Below, piece after piece: positions 24,001 through 37,692 of a DNA stretch of 64,000 nucleotides. Source of the stretch: Thalia democratica (Eukaryota); NCBI GenBank assembly GCA_965202585.1, contig OZ241827.1:75330001-75394000 (forward strand). The letters are read 5' to 3'. Position 1 is the stretch's first letter, and each line of letters opens with the position of its first letter. The position numbers were made by a program, and so were the translations under genes. A model generated the notes under the pieces. It saw nothing but the letters and a program-made list of their open reading frames with translations, did not search any database and was not told where the DNA came from.

Positions 24001-25278
24001 ATGAGTTTCAAGTTTTTGCTGTTCGTAATGCCTGCTATACTGCTTCTGAATACAGTAGAGGGTAATAAAAAAACAGAGAAAAATGGGAGATTTCTAGAAA
24101 TAACTCATAAAGACAGAGAAGCTTTTATTAAGTATCACAACAATGCAAGAATAAAATTGAGTTACTTTGATGAATTCTTATTTATTCTTATAACTATAAT
24201 GAAAATTATTTACAAAAAACTAAACTGTACTTTTTTTTCTTGACAAAACATGATTCTTATGATTTATTTTATATTTCTGTTTTACTGAATTTTGATACAA
24301 AGCTATTCATAGCTTTACAGTTTACTTAAATATATTTTTTAAGTATTTTGTCTCCAATTTAGTAACAAATCACGATATTATAAGTACTATTCGTTTGAAG
24401 GTTAAACCGAGCGCAGCCAACATGATTGAGCTGAAGTGGGACAAAAGACTGGAGCACCTCGCCAAGAAGCACGCCAAAAAGTGCGTGTTCGCACACAGCG
24501 AGCAAAAATCAAGAACTTCCAGGAAGTTCAAAACCGACATCAGTGAAAACATCGCTCACGAAGGCAAAGTTCACTACAAGTTTGAAGGAGACTACGAATG
24601 GAGCGATTTCAGTGTTGAAAAAGCCAAGAAGAACCCCAAAGCCACGGTGGTGTATGAAGAGCTAGATTTCCAGACTGTTGTTGGAAACGCAGTAAAATAT
24701 TGGGCAGGTGAGAGTGAGCATTACGACTACAATAACGACAAGTGTGCACATGACGAAGTGTGTGCACACTACACCACGATGGTCAACGCTCAAACTGAAT
24801 ATGTTAGCTGTGCAGGTAAGACAGTAAAATAACATGACTGTTTTAAAAATGCATATTTAAGTTTGAAAACCAAAAAAAAATCAATCATCTTCTTATAGAA
24901 AGTATTTTAGGTATTTAGTTTACACTACATATTGATTGCCTAGATTCTAAATTTTTGCAAAATTTAAGTTCTGTGTGTATAAAGACGTATATAGTACTTA
25001 TTTCTAATGATAGTTAAAGCTATATAGCTTTAGTATGTGTTAATACAAGTTAATGATAAACTAACCTTATACGAATGTTAGCTATATTTCGTTGATATTT
25101 TACAGTTCGAAGATGTTATAAGTTGGATGGAGTTAAAAGAAGTTATCCTGTATATCTGACAGTTTGCAATTAAGGACTAATAAGAAAGTACACGGGAATA
25201 CCCTACATTAAAGGTAAACTTGGCTCAAAGTGTCCGAAAAAAAAAAAGTGTTTACAACTGTGCAATATAATTATTTAA
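24001..25278 (+). pseudogene. Secreted CAP/SCP (CRISP/allergen-5-like) gene, left-arm copy, disabled. Exons 24001-24156, 24401-24815, 25106-25278
   Basis: Signal-peptide-like N-terminus, HNNAR, VKPSAANMIELKWD, ENIA, CAHYTTMV, VCN. The exon 1 donor reads TTGAGT (GTGAGT in the right arm), and TAA at 25171-25173 replaces the Tyr of CNY. Confidence 0.88.
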
Positions 25279-28200
25279 TGGAAATAGTAAAATTTGTTTA
25301 TGAAACTTCAACTTGCGATTGTTTTTTCGTCAAACATAGATTATATTTATTAAATAGAATGAAACACAGTTATTTTGTCATAATATATATATATAAAAGT
25401 ATTTTTCGTAACAATAAAGATTGACAATTGTATTAACTTATAAATTTGAAAAAATTAAATTTCAAGAAGAATTTTTATAACGTTAGAGTTTTAATTAATC
25501 TGTTTAATGCAGTCTTTAAAACATTTACATTAAAATAATTTTAAATCAATTATAGGTCAAAAGTAAAAATAGAAATTTTTAAATAAAAACCTTATGTTGT
25601 AATTACTGTGTTTAAAAACTTTAGATTTAGATAATGTATTTCGTACCTAACAAACACTTCTTTTTTCATGTTTAAAACTATTTTCAATTAGAAATTTTAC
25701 CATACTATTTATAGTTAGGTTGCAATCTAAAAACTACTTACAGTTATTGTTTGAAAAATAAACATCTACTAACCGTGTTTTAGCCATACTTTTGATTATA
25801 TGTAGTTTATTACTAACTCGTTTTTTGTATTTTATTTTAGCTCGAAGTTTGATTATTATAAATAATACGCATGTTGTATTATGACTGGTATTTTAAAAAC
25901 CTAGACTGAATAAAAACGCATAGTAAAGAAAATATCTGAACTAATATTGTATTTAGAAAGGCAAGAAAATGAGTATTTCAGTGGAGAAAAGTGTGTTCTT
26001 AAAGGCACATCAAAGTTTTTTATAATGTGAAACTATTTATATTAAAACATAAAGACTAGTTTGTATAACTAAAACAGTTCATGAAACAGATATTATTTTC
26101 ATTTAAGTAATTTTTAAGGTATTAGACTAAAAACTTAGAATTAACTTGAAGTGAATTCTGTCCAAAAAATACTTAATCTTAAAAACATCAGACTTAACTA
26201 AAGTATGTTTCTTAATGTATATTTAGCTACCTTAAAATGATTTTACTAAACTAAAATTTTTATAAATAAATGCTGCATTGTAATGTATAGTTCAACCAAT
26301 TGATTTTATTTACTACTGATATTTACATAAAGTGAGTATCTGTTTTCAAAATAGTTAGTACTTATTTATACATAAGTAAAAAACGTACCAAACAATTTAA
26401 GAACTTTAAACTATTACTTTAATTAGACTAAAAACAAAAAAATCTTTGTATTTTTAAACAGTTTATAAATATTTGATAATCTTTAAACTTAAAGCTTAAA
26501 AAAACTTAATTATTATTTCTTCCTAAAAAATTCTTGGAAAAACAGAGTATTACTTCCTTTGATACTGAAAAATTTGTGCTTTAAGTTTCAGTTTTATCAA
26601 CCTGTTTTATGAATGATTTTAAACGTAAATTAAACTCACTAAACTATTAAAAGCATTATTTTAGTGCTAAATAATCAAATATCCTGGAAAGTTTAATGAC
26701 CGTTATAGGTATTCATTTTGTGTGCCACTCGATAACTGAATAGTTATTTTCGTGCACCAGGTGCTACAGCCAAATAATTTAAGCGCTTTTCTTTATCGTT
26801 CAATATATAATTATATTAATAATAATGTACGAAAAAGAACATATAAATCCATACAATACAGTCAAAAACAAGTATATTATTAAAATTTCATTGTTTAATG
26901 AACGACAAAAAAAAAAAGCTAAAAAGGTTTGGTCTGAGGACCTGGTGTACAAAAAACCTTTCAGCTATCGAAATACAGTGCTTACTCACTTATCCTGTCC
27001 TCGATTATTTGGTTTTTTACTAATCCGGTCGGTCTAGATCGAGAAGTAGATTTATTTAAATCAATGCTCTACGGTAAATACAATACTAATTCTATTTCAA
27101 TAACTACGCAAGCAGTGCAGTGTAAAGTTAAAATTCTTAAAAAAGAAAAACTTGATTTTATAATTCATATCTTTCGTATTATACAAAAATTAGATTATCA
27201 AAAAAAGGGCTCATCCAAACTTCAAATTGTGAATTGGATGAAACAGAGTTGTGCTTAAGATTTTTATCAGGACTTACTTCAGCATTAGTACACAACCAGA
27301 ATCCGACAAGGATGAAACAATATACCTGAATCGACACCAGAAAGTATTTGAAAACTTATCCTATTCCGTGATAAGAAAGAAAAAATAGTCATGTCAAACA
27401 AACCTTCATTCTTTTTTTATTTTAGAAAGAGTTTAGATTTTAGTTGAACTGCTAACAATGTAATTTTCTTTCGTTAGATTGATTTAAAATTTACAAAGCA
27501 TTTTTTTGTTACTTTTTCGTGTATTTAAACCTTCAGTTCGTGTAAGAAAGTTAAAATAGTTCAAACTAACAGACAATTAAGTGTACATTTTATTATATGC
27601 TTAGCATAATATCAATGAGGTAGATTATAAAAAAAACGATATTTTGTCAACTACAAAAAAAAGCTTACCCAACGTGGCGGTTTAAGCGAGGCAGTACATT
27701 ATTTTAAAACAGTGCTCACATAATTTACTTACAAAGAACAATTAAACTTTAATCACGTGAATTGGTTTATTAGGTCTATTAACAAAATTGTTATCTAAAA
27801 AGGGACATTAAAATTTAATTTGCGCAAAAAAACTTAAAATAGACAATCAATATGTAAACAATTAGTCAAAGTATTCAGTAAAAAAACACTGAGATGATTT
27901 ATACGCAGCTGTAGCTATACCTATATTTATTTTTTGTTTATCATGTGTATAAATTTGCCATAGTGAAATATGTTTGTATCTGTATTACTTTGTAAAAGTT
28001 AAATTTCAATTTTTAATTTATTTTACAAGTAAAAATAGTATCCAAATTTGCCATAAACATTTCTTGAGATTTTTGTTTGTGTAGTATAATATGTTTTGTT
28101 TAAATTTTATTCTAATTTTTAGCTTTTTACTTATACTTTTAATGTGCTGTTTTTTACAATTTTTCTTAAATGCTGTGTATTTTTTACAACTGTTTGACTC

Positions 28201-31200
28201 ATTTAAAATTTCAATAAATTATGAATGTTTGGAACAATAGTTTAGTTTGTTGTTTCGTTGGACAGCTGTTTTTTAGCTCTAATGGTAATTGTGAGTTCAA
28301 TTATTTACTAAACATTTATGCTATTTTCTGACAAAGGAATATGCTATTTTCAACAGCTAGCACAGGTAGTAATAAAATTTGTAGTGTAAAAAGTTTTTGT
28401 ATAGCAATAAATTAGTATCTAAAAAATTTAAAGTTTTCTAGAAAGTTGGTGGCGAACTTCATAAATAGCAACATTCAAAGTAAAATAAACAAAGATTTCT
28501 CGTTTAAAAAACAGTTACAAAATTGACATCTTATTGTAAAGCTTTTAATAAATTTATAAGGTAATAAACTATAACGATCTGTTTATTTTCAGAGTAATTA
28601 AATTGCTTAAATGTTCTGTTTATTATCAAAATTTTATTTTGAAGTAAACTAATTGTGACAGACTTTTACTTTTTGTTCCTACTTCCTAAAAATAATTACA
28701 AATATTAAAAAATCTAATAATTATCTTAGCAACTTTGCAAAATGTAGATTTTTTTTCTTATTTAAATGTAACTTTCTTTAGACAAAGCTGACTGAAAGTA
28801 ATATTTCGATAAAAAAAGGTCGCAATAAACGTATATTTTAAAATGTCAACGTACAAAGTTTAATATTATTTAAAAAATAGCCAACATTATCATGACTACT
28901 TCAAAATCAGATAATAATGATTTTTAACACACTTTGCTTTGTATTTTTTGGAATGATTATTTTTGTGTGTAGTTATTGTTTCGAATACTGAACATTTCCG
29001 CTTGTTAAATAGCTCAACAATATTTTTTCTAAGTTCTTAGTTCGTCTTGTAAGTCTTAGTCTAAAAGTTACTTATAGATTACTTAAGTTTTTTTTAAAAA
29101 AGTGTATAAAGCTAAAGCACTTTTATTTCACGCTACTTATTTTTTTAATCACTTAATTTATTTTACAAGCAGCAAGCTGTACTGTTTTATAACTATTAAA
29201 AAAAAATTGTTTGTTTCCAAAAACATACTTGTGTTATAATCAGCTTGTTTAGGCGAGAAACTTTTAAGTAATTACAAATAAAACATGCTATATGCTAAAA
29301 ATTAAAAGGTTTGTTTTATTTTTAATTTTTATTTCAGACTGTATTTGATAATTTACAGTAAGAATAGTACACAATAGTTTATTTTAAATAAAATTAGACA
29401 GTACGGAAAAAATAATATTATAGTTCAAACTTTTATTGTTAGTCACATTGTTTATATCAACTTGGAATTTCTTTAAATAAGGTTTCTTTAAATAAAAGGT
29501 AAAATAAGTATATTTTCTTTCAATGTACTGAAATAAAATTAAAACAAACTAAAACCATTTCAACGAAAAAAATGAGAAATTAGCTGAATTAAAATAAACC
29601 AAGTGATGCTAGTTTTTCTTCATTTATGTCAAATATTAAACTTCGCCTTAAGGCTAAGTTTAGTTTATGACTCGAACAAATAACTTTTCATGAAAAAGTA
29701 CTTAATTGATTTTAATTTGTTTGAAAGTGTAATTTAACACTACGTAACTTGATAATTTTGAGGTGACGTTTATAAATGAAATGTTTTAGTTTATAAAAAG
29801 TTGATATAAGATGTAGTAGTAACTGTTTTTTTTATGTATATAAGATTGTTTCTAGTTTCTTTTTATTTTCAAAATATTTGTAGGTTTTTCTTCATCCAGA
29901 AGTCTCTGACTTGAAGTGGCTTTAGTATTTGAATCATGAGCTTCTTTATATAAAGCTGTAGTACATTTATTTAGATTTCAACTAAAAAAGTGATTAAATA
30001 AAAATTTTTATTGTTTTTAGTTTTTAGTCTATTTTTGTTAATTTTTTCACTGTAGAAGTTTTGTCGGATTTATTTCTTAACGAACCGATCTCTAAAAAAA
30101 AGTTTGAAAATAAATTAAATAATTAAAAAATGTTTTAAATTATGATTTTGTGAAAAAATTTAAATTTTTATTTAATTAATTCAAATATTTTATGCCTGTC
30201 ATAAAGTTAGTTGAATACAAGCACATAAAAGTCACACCAAAACAAGAAACTTTTAAGCCAGGTTATTATCAATACGAAAGTCAAGAATCAGAAAGTGAAG
30301 TAGAAAAGGTTTATTTTAAAACTTTATTAGGATTGGTTTATTAGATAATATCGTGAAAAGCGTTAGTATAGATTTATCATAAATAAAATGAAAAATGTTT
30401 AGGATACAGAATGTAAATTTATATTTTGAATATAATTTTAAATACTACACAGTGGGCTAGCAAGTGGCCATTGACCATTTTAGTGTCTTAAAATTAAACC
30501 AAGAGATTTATTCAGTTGTTTAGAGATGGGATTTTTCTTTCAAAAATTAGAGTTGGTTATAATCTGCTTCAAGTATATCAATAGTTATGTAAGCATGAGT
30601 ATAGCAAATTTTTGCCGTTTTTAAGTCTGAAAATTGTTTAAAATACCTTAAATTTTGGTTAAAGTAAAGTACAGCTACTTCTAACAAATACCTTAAAAGC
30701 TTTTAAAAATATTTTATACTATGTTTTTATTTTCTTTAGTTTAGTGTTAATTTATGAAATTAGAATTTTTTTAAAGTTTACAAAAAAAAGTGCACTATGT
30801 TTCATTAAAAAAACTGCAAAATTTCGAAAATTTCATTGGTTTGTCTATATCATATAAGGTGTTTTTCAGAGAGAATATTTTAATTGCCTAGTGCTGAAAT
30901 ATATTCTATTCTTATGTTTTAGAAAATATGCCAGAAGTTCTATATAAGTTTAGGAAAAAAAAACAATTATTTGGAGTATAACTATCTTTAAGTTTGAAAA
31001 ACAATTTTTTGATGCCTATTTTCTATTTTTATTTAAAAAATGTCAATTCTTAATAAAAAAAAAAGTTTAAATTTTTTTAGTTTTGAAATAACTTATTGTG
31101 TTTTCTAATACAAGTTAAACAAAACTTTTAAAAAAAGGTGAAAAAATTTAAATAAGTCTTACAGGTATTTCTCTGCAAGCAATTTTTGACATAAACTATG

Positions 31201-34200
31201 AAGAATTTTGATAAATTAACTGAAAAGGCAAAAACTGGTTAGAATTAAACTAACATAACTTGTTAAATGCTTAAAGTAGTAAAAAATTATAAAAATTTTT
31301 GAAACAAAGAAATAAAGTTTCGACTATGACGAAGCTTAGTCTAGTTTTCTTTTCAGCAAAAGTTTTTAATATTATTAATGGTCGGTTGAATACCGTTTTT
31401 CAGTCAACTATAAACAGTTTGTGTTTAACATCTGCATAAAAATTATAAAAACCTTATTATTTATTTTACCTCATTCGGAAAATTTTGTAGCTATATCTTT
31501 TTAATTATCATTTTTTAAATTTAGATAGCCTCACACTTATAATAAGTGGTAGGAGTAACAAAACACAAATCTAATCATAAAGTTAACTTCGTTCTTATAA
31601 AAGAATGTTATTACAAAACATAATGGATTTTAATTAGTACTTTTGTAATATATTATACTTTTATACTAAAGCTATTATACACTTCTTAAAAATAAATTTT
31701 CCTAGCATTAGTTAGTCTAATTTTTTTTAAATATCCTAACTTGTATGTAATAGTCGTGACATCTTAACTAAAATAGAAATGGAGTACTTTATTAGGGTTT
31801 CCAACTATTGAAATTCGGGCAATTCAAAACCAAAAAATTCAAATAATTAAGAAACTTTAAAGGGCCAAAACTCAAAAAGCAGTATGCATTTTAATTAAGT
31901 AAATATGTACGTCTAACTAATACCTACAAACACTTTTTGTTTTTTTGCAGACAATAAAATGCTTTTTGTGATATGGCTAATATAAATTAAAAATTATAGT
32001 GTTTTTTTTAATTTTTTACTAATAATTTATAAATTCAGGTTGTTCTTATTATCATAAGCTTATCAATTTAAATATATTATGTTTTTTGAGTTGACCTACA
32101 TATTTCTAACATAAAAATAATAATATACTAATTTTAGAACGTGGCCCTTCAACTATATTTTTAAGAACTTGAATTGTCCGTACTTGAATTGTCATGTAAA
32201 AATTTTTTTTAGTATTTTATATAAACTAATCTTTAATATTAAATTTGTAGATTAATAATAGATAGAAGGCTATATCAACTAAGTTTAAAGTTTTTACAAA
32301 GACTTGCCAAAAAAAAATTATGTTTATTTCAAAATTTAATTTTCTAGTGTTTTGAATAAAAATGTTTAATTTAACTTTTATTTGTTACAATAAACAAAAA
32401 AAAAAAAAACTTTTCTAAAGTTTTTTTTAACGTTAGTTTTAAAAATGGCTTTAATTAAACTTGTTTTTTTAATTCTCTTACAAAAAATATATGTCTATCT
32501 CATTCACTTATTTAATTTATTTCAGAATAAAAAAACAGTTTTACAATGATCTAAATTACTTGCTTTTGTTTTAAAAGTTTTTGCAATGCCCCTTAAAACA
32601 TGATAAACATTATGAAATAACATAAAATTTTAATTAAACTTGCATTACACTTACTTTATTTATTTTCAAGCAAAATTTTTTTATTATAAATTTCATGTGT
32701 ATATAATGATATCCCTAAAGTGAATATTTTTATGTTTTAAGTAGAAGTTTGATAAAAAACAGTGTACTGTACTTACAAAACATTTGTTATTAAAAACATA
32801 ATCAAAAATAAATGATAAAAAAAATCTTTGTTTTAATGACCAGTGAACTGACCTAACTGGATATTTTTTGTTAATTTTACCATAGAATATAAATAAACAA
32901 GAACACAACGACAAATTAGTAAAGTAAAATTTCAAACTTTTAAAATTTTTAGAATAAACTAAATTTTTCTTACTTCAATAAGGAAGGCGAAGTTCTAGAT
33001 AACATTTTTTTTTACTATTTCTTGTTTTTAAAGTTTTAAGCTTAGACTGTATTTTGATAGGAATGTTATTAAAAAGACTTGTGTACTTTTTGAGTAAAGT
33101 TTTTATATGTAAATATTTGTTTAATTTCCTTTTCCTTGATTTCATTGATTATTTTATTTTTTGAGGTTATAAATTTTACATTATAACAATTGTTTTTCAG
33201 CTAGCTAACAAAAAATTGTAAAACCACGAGTCGATAACGTCTCAATAACTGTAACTTTCTTTAGTACATCAGGTTCTTTGACCAAACCTTTTGAGCGCTT
33301 TTTTATTTGTTGAAACAATATTAATAATTTTTAAAATATAGTTATATAAGCATCGTAATATAAGAGATTTATTTTATAGCCTCAGTTTTTCATAAAGTTC
33401 GACACCAGATTTATAAGTTGAATTTTATTTAATTGATGTATTGTCACTAGATGTTACAAAAAAAACTATATTTTATAATCAAAAAAATCGATACAAAATA
33501 CTACTCACATACTACAAAATATATTATACATCTTTTTTAATGATTTTGTTAATTTTGTGTCTGAAAGCATAAACAGTTCAAAACGACCACCGGGTAATGC
33601 TGCTCAAAAAATGTAGAAGTAAATAGAGACTCTTACTAAAAATAAAAAGCTTAAGACTTTTAATTCTACCTCCCATTTCTTTTTTGCTTAAAATGTTTAA
33701 ATAAATGATTGTTGTAATGAAATCAAGTAGCCAAGGTTAAATTCTACAGAATACTTAGATAAGTCAAGATAGTAATGTCAAGCAACCAACCGAAAGCTAT
33801 ATCAGATGAGCATCTGAAAAAGCTGTATTCGAATGCGTTCAATTACCACACAGATGATGGCATTTTAGCAACAAAACTGCAAGCCAAAGTTTTTTTATTT
33901 TATTCTTCTGACTGCTTTTACTTATCTATACAAGTTATTTAACTACTAATGTTTCCACAAAAGATGGTTTTAGTAAAAAAAATGTGAAAGCTCATAACTG
34001 AGGTCAATCGATTGGTGTTGCAAAAGACCTTTCGGTCATCGTGCCTACCATCATATATTTTGTAAAAAAAATTGATAAGTTTTTAATAGAAGTGTATACT
34101 ATTATAAAAGTTTAATGGTTGCTACCAAACAGGTCTTAATCTCGTACTTAAATGCTTTTTATTGACTTTTTAATAGAAGTTTGTATATATTCTTATTATA

Positions 34201-35123
34201 ATCAATTATTTATGCTTTATAAAATCAAATAAAAACTATACTGCAACAATAGTTAACTAAACAAGACGCATCTTTTTTTCCTCGATGTTTCTTATTAAAT
34301 TTTATTTGCAGGTTTTCTTTGAAACGTACGGTGCTTGGTTCAGGAAAGGTGGCAGAGTGCCTAAAATTTTGGACTGGAAATGGGGAGATATTACGTTTGT
34401 CACCGATGGAAATGGTAAAGGGTCTGGTGCAAAGTTCAAACATTCTCCGAATGTAAGTTTTTTCTTAGTTAAATTCTTGCATGACATAAGAATCATGAAA
34501 AATAATAAATCTAATTGAATCAGATGTATATGTGATTATTTTGAGCTTAATCATGTTAAAAACTTCGTTATTAATTTTTTTAAACAAGCAATTTTATTCA
34601 GGGTATTTACCACTTTTGCACGGAAGTACACTTTTTTTTGATAATTTTACTTCAATTTAGTTTTGTTTTTATTCAAGTTGAAGAATAACTCCTTGTCAAT
34701 TTAGTTTAATAATTTATTAACAATGTAAAATCTAATACGAAAATAAGTATAAATATAAACACTAAAAAAGAGCTATAGATTAATTATTCTACATCCCCTT
34801 CAGCTCATTTAAGATAATAACAAGTTTAAGGCAATGACATAGCTCGTCAAGAGGGGATTTAAACAAGTAACAAAAATATTTTACTAAGATGAGACTAAAT
34901 TTTATGCATTAACAAAGCTAAATTGACTTAAATAAAAAAAAAAACTTTAAACAAGGGATTTATTTGAAGAAAAACAAAACTGCAATAAAACGCACTAAAT
35001 AAATCCAAAACAATTTAAATTTATGCAATTCCACGCTGAATCCTTTCTGGCTCAGCAATCATCACTATCAGCAGCAATTAAACACTCAGCACCAATTTTT
35101 GTATAAACAGGAACAAACAGACT

Positions 35124-35765
35124 TCAGTTACGGTGATTTCTACTTTGGAGTACTCCACTCTCAAGCTTCCCTGGCGCATTGAAGCCTTTGAACCAACGCA
35201 AAGCAAGCGGCACCTTGTTTTTTTTAGGAACTATAGGAGCAGGAATGTACTCTTCCTCAACCTCTTCATGATCCGCTTCAACCTCACTGGTTTTACCACT
35301 ATTGGCACTGTTGGAATCCTCTGTAATCTTTACAGAAGAATCAGGACGTTGATGACTAACATTGCACTCCTGTGAGCTTGTTAGATTACCGCGCCAACCA
35401 TGGAAAGTTTTTGCTTCAATGCTTGTTGAGGCTGGGTTGTACATCCTTAAAAACTTTCTCTTTCTCCGAGTAAGTCTCTGTGAACCATCAACTTTGACTA
35501 CATACTGATCATGTGGAAGCACCACCATTACAACTCCACTTCTGTTCCATTTACGTGGATGACTGCCGCTCTAGCTTTGCAGTAGACAACTACTGCCAAC
35601 GTACAAAGGTCGCAACTTCCTAGCTTTGTGGTTGACAGCTCCACTGAAGTCTTGAAATCTATCACTATCTAGGCTGCCTGATTCAGTAACATTGGACCTT
35701 AGCAGTCTTTTTGCTTGCTTTACAGCGACTTCTGCTCTTCCATTTGACTTTGGATAGTATGCAGC
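35124..35765 (-). pseudogene. Gypsy integrase C-terminal fragment
   Basis: AAYYPKSNGRAEVAVKQAKRLLRSN and LPHDQYVVKVDGSQRLTRRKRKFLRMY, with frameshifts. Confidence 0.8.
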
Positions 35766-36227
35766 TTGAATTGGAGTTGAATCCTGAACTGAACCTTGAG
35801 TTGAAGTTAAATTCGGATCTGAATCTCGAGTTAGAATTTTTCTTCGATTCGGAAAAAGATGCACTGATTCATAAGAACTCCAAAAGCAATATCTAACTGG
35901 ACCGTAATCTTATATCAGATTTCTAACCGATCCCGTGCCACCGTTTCTTCGAACTGAGATCTGTGAATTTTCCAAACCGAAACGTGAAGTAAACTTGGAA
36001 CGTTGGAAGTCGACACTTTCGAGTTGATTGAGACGGCTGTCAGAGAGTGAAGAGTTGTGAAACTCAACCGAACGGACTGGAATTTCTGATGCTATTCCAT
36101 AAGTTTCATCTTCATTAGTTTCTTCAGCTGCATATTCAGAATTTTCAGCCTTAAACAGAAGCTTACGTGGTTTTTCATGAACTTTGCTTCCGGTTGGGCA
36201 ACTGCAGGTTGCCTCGTGCGAATTGAG

Positions 36228-36752
36228 TTAACTTTGATCTTTTTCACTCAAACTTGCAAAAACTTTAGAATGTTGATAAGGCAGCTGAGAACCAACACTG
36301 GGAAAATCTTTATCTATAATAAGAAGATCAACCATCGTTTCATACGAGAGAAAAAACCTAGTCACTGAGTTACTGACATAAATAATACTGTTGCAGCTAA
36401 TCACCTCATCCTTTGGAGACATTCCACTGATAGTAGCTCTACAAGCGCCTTTAATGTTTATTGGAATTTGGTTAGCAGCCCAAATTTTGACTGATACGGA
36501 AAGTAAGTCATTCTTTCCAAAACCAGCATTGTGAAAGTCTTTCCAGCCCCAAAGGTTTAATTGTGCACCAGTATCAGCTAAAGCACTTACCCATGCAAAC
36601 TTGTTTGTGCCATGTCTAGCAATCTTGACTGATGCACGAGGATAATCAGTCGTTGCCTTGGCTTTACGCAGGAAGTTCTTGCTGAATATGGTGTTATTTA
36701 ACATGATTCTTTTAATTGCATGTAGTGACATTATTTGGGTATCTTGTTGCAT
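36228..36752 (-). pseudogene. Gypsy aspartic protease region
   Basis: VSALADTGAQ (DTG motif). Confidence 0.85.
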
Positions 36753-36893
36753 AAAGTCAGAATGATCAGCTTGGATTTGAACAGCATTAACCTTTTTTGA
36801 TTGATTACGTCAACAAGATAGACAATGTCTGAAAGGCTTTTTATTTCAATTACCTTTTTCTTTGAAAGGATAGAAAAGCTTTTTACAGTTCTG

Positions 36894-37692
36894 TCAAGGA
36901 ACATGTTGGGACTTATCTCCTATGTTGACACGTCCCTTCTTCTGACGTTGAAAGGAAGAAACTGCAGATATAGTCCGCGAATTCTCAGTTGCATGGTGTC
37001 CCATTTCTTTGCTTTCAATAAAGGAAATTATATAAAATGATGACCTGGATAAGATATCTTCAGTACTGAGAACTTCTCTTCTTATGTCATCGTCCCCAAC
37101 GCCAGCGAGTATCAAGTCTTTTATTGCTTCTTCTGTGAAGCTCGTCACATTGCTTTTCCAACAGTCACACTCACTGACTGTAGTGAAATAGCAGATTTCT
37201 GCTTTGCTTCGTACACGTGTGGCAAAAGTTCTAAACGGTTCATCATGGTCCTGATATAGGTTCATGAGTTCTGCTCTCTTTACACCAATAGCAACTTTTA
37301 TGACTGCAATCGACTCCATCAGTTTAGCAACGTAACTTTCTGATTTGGCCATCAGTCGAGGATCACTTGCTAATATAAGAGGATATAAGATCGTCAAGCT
37401 TGTCCTGCGCACACTGAAAAAGCTGTATGCTTGCATTTCAGTTGCTTATATTCGAACCAATCTTGAATGCCTCCCACCTCCGAATGAAATAAAGCCATTT
37501 CTCTCGGCTGATCCCCCGGTCAACCCTTGGTCGAATCAGTTGAGGTGCATTTGGCATTACTCCATTATTGGATAACCAAGAATCTTGCTGATGCTCCAAT
37601 TTGTGGAGGTTGAGAAGGCTACTCACTACATCATCGGATCGATCTGGCGTCTGGAACTCGCATCTACGTATTGGGCACTTTACTGCAACCAT
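36894..37692 (-). pseudogene. Gypsy gag, frameshifted
   Basis: MVAVKCPIRRCEFQT...APQLIRPRVDRG...RWEAFK and QDHDEPFRTFATRVRSKAE...DDIRREVL, spread over two frames. Confidence 0.8.

Noticed and set aside
24157-24243. Hydrophobic tail of ORF 24001..24243, and the TTG start of 24395..24832
   Set aside because: Intron read-through; the true exon boundaries are evident from the right-arm copy.
34026-34040. GATGACCGAAAGGTC hairpin on the minus strand resembling a hammerhead stem II
   Set aside because: No GAAA box follows the stem and the CUGA core is incomplete; it is only a GNRA-type hairpin.
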